Shown here in pieces: positions 53,995-64,000 of a stretch of 64,000 nucleotides of DNA. The stretch lies in NCBI RefSeq assembly GCF_009914755.1, contig NC_060934.1; one strand, written 5' to 3'. Each line of letters opens with the position of its first letter. Position 1 is the stretch's first letter. This DNA comes from the human T2T-CHM13v2.0 reference genome, Homo sapiens. The position numbers and the translations under genes are program-made. The notes beneath the pieces are model-generated. The model did not search any database. It had not been told where the DNA came from and saw only the letters and a program-made list of their open reading frames with translations.

Positions 53995-55205
53995 ATGATT
54001 ACTTCTGGATGATATCCAGATGGCAAATACACATATAAAAAGATACTCCATACCATATGTCATTAGGAAAATGCAAGTTTAAACAAGGAGACCCCAGTAC
54101 ATGCCCAACAGAATGGTCAAAATCCAGAACACTGACAACACCAACTGCTGGTGTGGATATGGAGCAACAGAAAATCTCATTCATTGCTGGTGGAAAGGCT
54201 AAATGATATTGCCACTTTGGAAGACAGGTCAGTGCTTTCCTATAAAACTAAACATATTTTGTCATACAGTTCAGCAACCATGCTCCTTGTAATTTACCCA
54301 AAAAGAGTTGAAAACTTTCATCTACACAAAAACCTGAAGACAGATATTTACAGCATCTTTCTTCATAATTGCCAAAACTTGGGAGCAACCCAGATGTTCT
54401 TTGGTTGGTGAATGGATAAATAAACTGTGGTCCACCCAGACAATGGATGGATCTCTCCCTTCAGCTGATAACGTTAATCCAATATTTGAGACATAATGAG
54501 TAAGAAAATAAAATGAGAAAATGGTGCACTATATATTTTAGGGTATAAGTTACACATCTTAAAATTTCAAACATAGATAGGAGAGCTTTAAAATTACTTC
54601 TAGATAGGAATGTAAATCTCAGAGAGTATACCAAAGAAATGGGCTATCAAGCCATCAGAAGACATGGAGAAAACTTAACAGAGTAATATGTATTCAATGG
54701 GTAAGATAATGTAACATGTATTCAATGGGTAAGATACTAAGCGAAAAAAAAGCCAGTTTGAAAAGACTGCATACTGTATGATTCCAACTGTATGATTTCA
54801 TACTGTATGATTCCAACACTCTGGAAAGGCAAAACTATGGAGAGAGTAAAAAGATCAGTGGTTTCCAGGGGGTAGGGAAAGGACAGGATGAACAGTTGGA
54901 ACAAAGGATGTTTAGGATCGTAAAACTAGTCTGTAAGACACTATAATGGTAGATACATATCATGATACATTTGGTCAAATTCATGGCATCTACACCAGCA
55001 ATAATGAGTCCTAATGTAAACTATAGACTCTAGGTGAAAATGATGTGCCAATGCAGGTTTATCAGTTGTGCAAATGCGACACTCTGGTGGAGGATGTTGA
55101 CAGTGGGACAGGCTGTGCATACATAGGGAAAGAAGCATAAGGGAAATCTCTGTAGCTTCTGCCCCATTTTTCTGTGAACTTCTCTAGAAATAAAGTTTAT
55201 TAAAA
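53995..55205 (+). mobile_element. L1MC 3' region carrying an internal foreign insert
   Basis: 'aaatccagaacactgacaacacc...gaaatgggctatcaagccat...gggaaatctctgta'. Confidence 0.85.
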
Positions 55206-55217
55206 GACGAATACAAA

Positions 55218-55527
55218 CAGTCCTCCATTTTTATGGTTTATACATCTGTCAATTCAACGAACCATGATCGAAAATATTCCAGAAACAAAGAATTAACAGG
55301 TACGGACTTTTTTTTCTTGTCATTATTCCCTAAAAATACAGTATTACTATTTACATAGCATTTACCTTGTACTATAAGTAATCTAGAGATGATTTCCAAT
55401 ATATGCAAGGATGTGCATAGGTTCTATGCAATAGTACAATATTTTATATAAGAGATTTGAGTGTCTGTGGATTTTGGTATCTGTAGTCCTGGAACAAATC
55501 CCCTATGGACACCAAGGGATGGCTGTA
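55218..55527. mobile_element. MER2 (TcMar-Tigger)
   Basis: 'cttgtcattattccctaa...tttacatagcattt...aagtaatctagagatgattt...cctggaacaaatcccctatggacaccaagggatggctgta'. Confidence 0.85.
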
Positions 55528-55790
55528 CTGTATAATTTCACTTATATGAGGTATTTATAGTAGTAACATTCATAGAGACAGAAAATAGTGCAAAAGTCAC
55601 CAGGGGGTGAGGGGAGGGGAGAATTAGGGGTTTATTGTTAAATGGGAAAAGAGTTTCAGTTTTTCAAGATAAAACGAGATATGGGAAATGGTTGCACAAT
55701 AATGTGAATATACTTAGCATTACTGAACTGTGCACCTAAAATGGTTAAGATAAATTTGATGTTATGTGTATTTTACTACAATTAGAAATT
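55528..55790 (+). mobile_element. L1MA/MB 3' end
   Basis: 'ttcatagagacagaaaatag...ggttgcacaataatgtgaat...ctgaactgtgcacctaaaatggttaag'. Confidence 0.8.
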
Positions 55791-57789
55791 ATATATATAT
55801 AATTTGTATATATAATTGTATTTATTTACATATATTGTAATTATATATAATTGTGTATATATATATATAATTTGAAACATTACTTCTGTTCAGTTTTCTT
55901 CTGCATTTTAGGGGTAAGTACTCTCAAGCATACTACTTGTAAAAGCTGTGATTTTTGAATGGTTATGCTGGTAAAATTCCAATTTTTCTTTTATGTTAAT
56001 TTTTATCCATGCACCTGCAGGCAGGCATAACATGGCCCTATAAGTAAAATAGGCCAGTTCTTAAGTAAAGAGTTTCTTAGAAAATGACTAATACTGTAGA
56101 TTTCAGATGACGTATTTCTGCATGTTGGAGAGAGATTCCCATGATACAGTATTGTAAAATTACTGACCCAAAAATAATAAAAATGCCTTATTTTATATAA
56201 GGTGTCACAACAGCATGGTACTTTCTAAAAGGCAGAATCATACCATATCAATCTTCCATGTCTCCAATGGGTGTTTAGGCAGTACGCTACAATAAGATGA
56301 TTGAGGAGCAACTACATATACTGTTTTGCAGAACCTAGGGAGGCCTAGAAATACCAGCAGACTGAGATCTGAGAAGGTTTCAAATTGCCTGTGGGTAACA
56401 AAAGGTGCCTCAACAGAGGAGGAGAGAAATTTAGTCTTTCAGGGAACAAAGTGAAAACATTTGCTATCATAAAAAGAAGTTAATAGGCTTAGATTTAATA
56501 TTTCTTTAAATGTAAATTTCACTCAAATGATTACTTTATCACCTAAGTGTATTTTAATATGTTAAGCCAATTACTTTTTCTGGGCATTCAAGAGACGGTT
56601 AAATGCCTTTAATCACAATATGTTGGAGACAATTAAATGATGGTATATTCCAGATAACTCAGCATGTGCTTGCACTCAGAATACGTAATTTAGAATATAA
56701 AACCAAAACAAACAAAAAAAGCCTGTTTTACTCATGGGAATTTGAATATATACCCTATATTTATAACCTTGTAGTATATATTTGGTTCCAGTTTGAGCTT
56801 GCAGGTTTAATGATGCCTTGTAAAAAATAAATAAATAAATAAAGAGAGAAAAGAAAAGAAAAAAAAGGAATACATCCAAATAGGCTGAGTACAATGGTTT
56901 AGGAGAGATAATTGAAATATAATGCATTCTTACACCTATTTCAGCTTGCGCATTAGTTCTTGGTCTATATCTATCATTTCTCAATTTCTCTCTCTCTCTC
57001 TCTCTTTCTCTTTCTCTATCTGTCTCTCTTGGTTTCTCTCTTCTTTCCTTAAATTCCACCAAAAGAAGCAGTTATATTATAACGTTATTTTTCTCACGAT
57101 GACATGGAAATTATTTTTCTGTGCTTATTTTGATAACAAGTCAAGATTTTTTATTCACAGATGTCAAAATATATAAAATACACATTGCACCATCTGGACA
57201 AGGCTGCACACTTGTAATACACTATTTTGGGAAATAGTATGTCAGTCCTCTACGTTCTAAAGTTTCCTCTGTTTAAAATAAACCCTTGCCTTTGAATTAA
57301 GTTATGATGAAAATCTAAAACACCTAGACATTCTCAAGGCCTAGGCCTAGGTAATTTAGCTAGCATGCCTAAGTCAAATCACTTCTACCTAGCATGTAAG
57401 ATGTTATCATCTTACTTTAGGGTTTTGGCTTAAAAGATTTTATTTCTACATCAAGCTCAATTGATTCTCTGTCCTAATTTTTTCTAAGGCAGATTGCATA
57501 GATTGCAATGATGTCAGTCAAAGCTGATTGGGGTTTTTCTCCTTTAAAAATACCTGGACAGGTTTTAATAGAATTTTTATGTAATGTACATCCTAACTAA
57601 ACCTCTTGTAAAGCATCAAAACAACTTGGAAATTGTAAGCTCTTTTATATGTCTGTTGAGCATCTATTATGTATCACTGCAAAGTTCCATGAATGAGAAA
57701 TACTAAAATATGGGATATAATCTCTGATCTCAGGCTGGGGCATCAAACACACAGGTAAACAACTGATAAAATACAATATGGCCAGTCAG

Positions 57790-57995
57790 TAGAGCATGGG
57801 AGTTAAAAGTAATGTTTTGACCTTGGCAGTCTTGGATTTGAGTTGAAGTTCTGATACTTATCTAGTCACCTAACCTGAGTTTATTTACTTTTTTTTTAAA
57901 AAAGTGACAAATATTTGTTGTAATTAAGAAGATGATAGGTATAAAATACTTAACACAGTATCAGCCACAGTATAGAACTCTATGCCCACCTCGTT
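57790..57995 (+). mobile_element. MIR relic
   Basis: 'agtcacctaacctgagttt...aaatacttaacacagta'. Confidence 0.45.
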
Positions 57996-58875
57996 ATTAA
58001 TACTATAAGCAGTATTATGATTAAGGCATGTGCAAAAGGCTATGGGGGAAGAGAATAGGATGTTAATGTTTCCCAATTTGGAAATATTAAATTACTAGAA
58101 CTTTGGATGCGAGCAGGGAAGACTCTTCAGAGGAGGTAAGAGTAAAACTTTTCAGGAAAGACTCTTCAGGGGAGGTAACAGTAAGACTTTTCAACACCCC
58201 TGTTGCTTTGCAACTTGAGCAGCTCTAGACATTGCTAATTGTTCTCATTTCTAAGTTACTGTTATATAACAAAATGTATATAACAATTATTATATAACAA
58301 AATGTATACAACAGTTTTTGTTATATACAGAAAAAACCTCACAAGCCTAGAAGTAACCATTAATTGTCTTTACTGAGTTATGAATGAAAGTTTAACCCTT
58401 ACTGGGTCTCGGAGTCATTTTACTCCCAGAGGTTATTTCCATGCTATTTTATAAATATATATTTCCTAGTAACTAAATATGATTTTATACTTAGTTTAGA
58501 AAACTGTATTTAGAAGTGTACAAACTGGAAATAATTCTCTGGAATGTGATAGCCTTCAGCATCCCTTTCTCAGGCAAAGGCCTTTAAACACATTTCAAAG
58601 AACACAAAACTTACGTGGATTGGATAGATTTATGATTATGTGTAATCCTCCTCAGTGGAATTTCTGTGGCATTAACTTCTTTGATGTAACTATCATTTCC
58701 ATCTCTATATTTCTCTAAATATGACTGAATGTTTTAATGCAAGTTTAAAGCTACATTTTTAGGATAGACTTCAAATGAGAGGTACAAAAAATTATATTAA
58801 AACATTATTTTTAGCAGAATAGAGATGTGATAAAAAGAATAATTGTCTTGAAAAGGGAAGTCTTTAAAAGCACAC

Positions 58876-59328
58876 ATATTAGTTTCCTACTGTTACTGTA
58901 ACACATTACTGCAAATTTAGTGGTTTAAAACAAAAATAATGTATTTTCTTACATATCTGAAGGTCATAAGTCTAAAACCCGGATGTTGGTAGGTCTGCAT
59001 TACTTCCGGGGGTCCTTGATTCTCAAGCTTCTAGAGGCTGACTGCATTTCTTAGGAGTCCTCGTCCTCCATCTTTAAAGCGAGCAGCAGCATCTTCTCTT
59101 TTCTCCTACCTCTGCTTAAGTCCTTACATCTCTCTCTCTTTGACGTTGACCTTCCTGCCATACTCTTATGAAGACCCTTGTGATTACAGCAGGCCCACTC
59201 AGATAATATAAGATTATCTCCCCATTTCAAGAACCTTAGTCACATTTGCAAAGTATAAGTTACAATATTCACATGTTCAGGGATTAGGATTTGGGCATCT
59301 TTAGGGGACCATCATTCACCCAACCCCA
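58876..59328 (-). mobile_element. MLT1 (C/D-like) LTR
   Basis: 'tattagtttccta...aaatttagtggtttaaaacaa...aagacccttgtgattac...agggattaggatttgggcatcttt'. Confidence 0.8.
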
Positions 59329-61182
59329 AGGGGTTTGGAATTTGATGAATCAAGCCAACTGGCATGCTGCCTCCCTGAGGACCCTGGCAGGAAAGAGATG
59401 ACCACTCACAAAGGGTTACTGAGGAAAACTCCAAAAAGGACTGTTTATAAAATTGTAAGCAATGCATAGAGTAGGAATGTAGTAAGTCTAAAATTAGCAA
59501 CAGCTAACCTTAAAGTACCAAGGCAGGTACCTGGTTTTAATATCTGGAGTCAATAGCTCTAGAAAGGGGTCCCCCTCAGGAAGTTGTAGTCATTACTAAA
59601 GAAACAGTTTCATAATCCAATTTTTTTTGAGTGTCTAATGCAAAGCATATGTATATAAGGGTGCTTGCACCAATATACATTGAAAAATATTTATTTTGTA
59701 AGTCAAGTATGAGTGCTCTATCTACACTATATTTCCTATACATATTTGCATATTTTATATATATATAGAGAGAGTACATAGGCCTGCAGCAATTATTTAC
59801 TTATTTATTGTCTAATTGATAATACCTTGTACATTGCTAACTGCAGCACCCTAGGGACTTAATATATTGCATTTTTATAATAGTGACTAAGAACAAGAAC
59901 ATTCAATACTAAGCTAGATCCAACAACAACAAAAAAAAGGTTAAAGATATTTGCATTTTCCAAATGGGGATATATAAAAGAGCCCATGAATATACTGCAG
60001 AGTTCAAAATAATTTCATAATATTTATCAGCTAAAATATATCTTGAACCAAGCCATTCTTCCCAGGGCAATCGTGAGAAAATTATTTTTTATTCATTTGA
60101 GAAAGTATTATCAATAGGGCAAATGAAGAATGACATCTACCATTGACATCAAATGCTAAAGAAATGATCAGTAGAGAATTCTATAAAGACAGATCAGTTT
60201 CTCCTTTGAGTATATCCAACTGATTAAGCTTATAAATTCAAGTGAATATTACTTTTGTTTCTGGAATATATCTGAATTCCAAATTAAAAACTACATCTCA
60301 AAGGTAGTAGATATATATTAAATAACCTACTTTCCATCCAAAGACAGGATGGTACTCAACAAAATTTCATGTGTAATGGTACTCCAATTTTGTTCGATTC
60401 TTTTAAAGTATTCTTGGATCATTTTGTCACTGAAGATGTTTGCCAACAATAGAATATAGCAAAATCAGGAGACACTCAAAAGACAGTTATTAATCACTTA
60501 ATACCAACAATAATGAGTTATAACACTTTTTGAATATTTGCATTTTACTACTGATGAGACATTTTATTGATGGTTTTTATGTAGGAAAGTAGTACACAGG
60601 AAGAACACAAGAATGAAAAGCCTATGTGTTTAGCTACAAAATGTGAATTGAGTGTCACAGTTCATTATCACATTGTCCTATTTGAATACAAAATGAAATT
60701 ATCGCTCATATTTTCCCTCTTTACTAAAATTTCTAAACAAATTAAAAGTAGTTGTAATAAAATGGTATCATTTGATCATCCAAATATTTTTGTTAAAACA
60801 AATAATTAGAGAAGATAATTTAAAAATTATAAACTAAATAGAAACTATAAGACATCTATGTTATTTTTCTATATTCCATGCTGTCAATATTCATGTACTT
60901 TATATTTTCGTAATTGGAAACAATCTGATTTTAGCAGCAATACTTTATTCTCAAAGTGAAGTTTTATGTACACATATTTTTTATTAAGTAGCCTTAAATG
61001 CTAGCTAACAACTGTTCATAATTCTTATGGTACAAGGGAAGAATGGTAGAAAAACCACTCGTCCTTCTTTGTCAGTCATCTCTCCTTTGGTAGCTATATG
61101 TTTGGCCTTTGATATATAACTACAAAGTTTCTAACCTGTAAAGTTGAAAGAAAAATATTTTTCAAACTTATTATGAGGCTTA

Positions 61183-61497
<315 letters not shown>

Positions 61498-63038
61498 AAA
61501 GCAGATAAAATGGCATGAGATTATCAAACATTACATGAATATTATTAAGACAGCGGTTTTGATACTATGATCAGAATGTCCCTAGATTTTCCATTAACAA
61601 CTGAAGAACTACCTAAGGTTAAAGTGGGTGAGAAAGGGCAGATTTACTTGAACAGGTCAGCCATTATTTGTTTTGTATATTGGGCTGTTTTATAAAAAAG
61701 TGTTCAAAAACCCATTGATTTAAAATAATATCATTTTCTATTAGCAGGGCCTGGAATATGTTGATGAATTAATGCTATGAACTTGCAGTTTCTACAGTGA
61801 TAACTTTTGTGATACATGTCTACGTTTCTATCGTGTAAAAGTCTAAACGTAGAATAGGGTCTTTTGCACATGGATGGTTCTACCCTGCTAATAATTCCAA
61901 GATGTCGGCTGTGGTTCATGGCATTCCCCACCATCAGAAGAGAAAAAGAAAAATCCAGGGCAAACACCTTTAAGAAGATGACTCTGGAATTGCACACATT
62001 ATATTCACACATATTCCATTGGTCCAAACTTAGTCATATGACAGCACCTGGCTAAAAAGGGAGTCTGAGAAGTGTGGTTTGCACTAGTGGTGGCTATGTG
62101 CCTAGTTAAAACTCAAGGTTTCTTTTCTTAGAGAAAAACACAAGGCATTCATCTTCTTCAGGACACAAATTGGACTTACAAAGTTCTTTTTTTTTTCCCT
62201 GAGGAATCATGGCTCCTCTGTTGTATGCAAGAGGGTTGGGAAAAAGCATGGGGGTCATTAGAATAACTGCAGCTTGTGAGGGAATTCTACACCAAAGTTG
62301 ATACAATTAAAGGTTGGGTATTAGAAAAAAAAAGAAATACGTATTTTTCCAATTGATAAGTAAAACAGTCTTGTTTTCATATGAACTGGAAATAAATCTG
62401 TGACTTGAATTTTGTCAAAATTGAAATATAAAATAGTTTAAGTATAATATTTTCTTTTCTGCAAAAAATAAAAATGAAACCAATATTACATTATTAATTA
62501 ATATTACAAATTACAATGAAAAATGATAAATACTCATAATCTCATATTGTAGTTTGGTTTCAATTTACATAGCTGCAGGTAAGTATGCCATGGCAGTGCC
62601 TCAGGTAAAGATCGTAAAGCTTTTGAAAAACAATGTTAGTATGAGACATGGCACAGGAATACCTCATTTTATTGTGCTTTGCTTAGTTGAGCTTTACAGA
62701 TATGGCATTTTTTACAAATAGAAGGTTTTTGATAACCATGCCTCAAGAAAGTCTGTCAGCACCATGCATTTAACAGTATTACTATTTTGTGTATCTGTGT
62801 CAAATATTCCAAACTTTTTCATTATTATTATATCTATTAAGGTAATTTTTGACAAGTGATCTTTGATGTAATTAGTGGAATTGTTTTGGGGCTTCATGAA
62901 TGTGCCATATGAGACTGTGAACTTAATCCATGAATGTTGTGTGGGTTCTCACTGCTCCAATGACTGGATGCCCTCCATCTCTCTCCCTCTCCTGGGAACA
63001 CCCTATTCTCTGAAACACAACCAGTTCATGACCCTGCA

Positions 63039-64000
63039 ATGGTCTGTAAGTGTTCAAGTGAAAGGAAGAGTCGCACATTACTGACTTTAAATCCAAAGCC
63101 AGAAATGATTAAGCTCAATGAGGATGACATCTTGAAAGCTGAGACACACTGAAGGCTAGGCCTCTTGCTCCAGTTAGCCCCAAACAGTTACTGAAAAGAG
63201 GTCAGGAGGTCAAGATCACCCTGGCCAACATGGTGAAAGCCCATCTCTACTAAAAATACAAAAATTACCAGGGCGTGGTGGCGTGTACCTGTAATCCCAG
63301 CTACTCCAGAGGCTGAGGCACAAGAATTGCTTGAACCGGGAGGCAGAGGTTGTAGTAAGCTGAGACTGCCACTGCACTTCAGCCTGGGTGACAGAATGAG
63401 ACCCCGCCTCAAAAAAAAAAAAAAGAAAAGTTCTTGGAGGAAATTAAATGTGCTACTCCAGTGAACATATGAATGGTTAAAAAACAAAAAGTAAAACAAT
63501 CTTATTGTAGTTATAGAGAAAGTTTGAGTGGTCTAGATAGACAACCAAGCCAGCTGCAACAGTCCTTTAAGCCAAAGCTGAATTCATAGCAAAGCCTTCA
63601 CTCAATTCTCTGAAGGCTGAGAGAGCTAAGGTAGCTGACAAAGAAAAGTGTGAAATGAGCAGTGCTTGGTTCGTGAGGTTGAGGGAAAGAAGCCATCTCT
63701 ACAACATAAAAGTAGAAGTGAAGCAGCAAGCCCCGATGGAGAGGCTGCAGCAAATTATCCAGATGATCTAGCTAAGATAATTATTGTGGGTGGCTACAAC
63801 CATACAACAGATTTTCAATGGAGACATAACAGCATTCTATTGGAAGAAGACGCCATCTAGGACTTTCACAGCTAGCAAGAAATTGATGCCTGTCTTCAAA
63901 CTTTAATGGCTGACTCTCTCAATAAAGGGTCATACATTTGGCGACTTTAAAATGAAACCAATGCTCTTTTGTGATTCTGAAAATCCTAGGGCCCTTAAGA
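63039..64000 (+). pseudogene. Decayed Tigger1 (pogo-family) transposase ORF
   Basis: 'atggtctgtaagtgttcaagtgaaaggaagagtc'; ORF 63666 'EAASPDGEAAANYPDDLAKII' resembles Tigger1 transposase; broken by frameshifts and an Alu. Confidence 0.85.
63199..63424 (+). mobile_element. 5'-truncated AluS inserted in Tigger1
   Basis: 'aggtcaggaggtcaagatcaccctggccaac...'; short TSD gaaaag at 63193-63198 and 63425-63430. Confidence 0.92.

Larger units (their letters stand above)
62654..64000 (+). mobile_element. Tigger1 DNA transposon (5' part, runs off the window)
   Basis: Starts 'caggaatacctcattttattgtgctttgc', matching the Tigger1 left end; transposase homology downstream. Confidence 0.92.

Overview
AT-rich, CpG-poor primate genomic DNA, almost certainly human: it carries an AluYa5 with all five diagnostic bases at 49715-50045. 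It reads as gene desert or deep intron. I recognise no protein-coding exon, RNA gene or CpG-island promoter, and the ORF track looks like chance ORFs or decayed or antisense repeat frames. About half of the window is transposon-derived: 10 Alus, many old L1M fragments, solo LTRs (MER9, MER11, an ERV1 MER4-group LTR, three THE1, MLT1/MLT2, a MER76-like LTR), DNA transposons (Tigger1, MER2, MER58, Charlie1, two half MADE1) and MIR/L2/L3 relics. I see no convincing new multi-gene system. The most notable signals are: a ~170 bp copy of nearby sequence pasted into an L1; a second short local duplication; a young 3x76 bp minisatellite; a possibly polymorphic AluYa5; two well-bounded orphan exon candidates (111 nt on minus, 59 nt on plus); a twin-primed L1 with TSD; and several template-switch scars. 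Repeat names come from remembered consensus sequences, and old-repeat boundaries are approximate.
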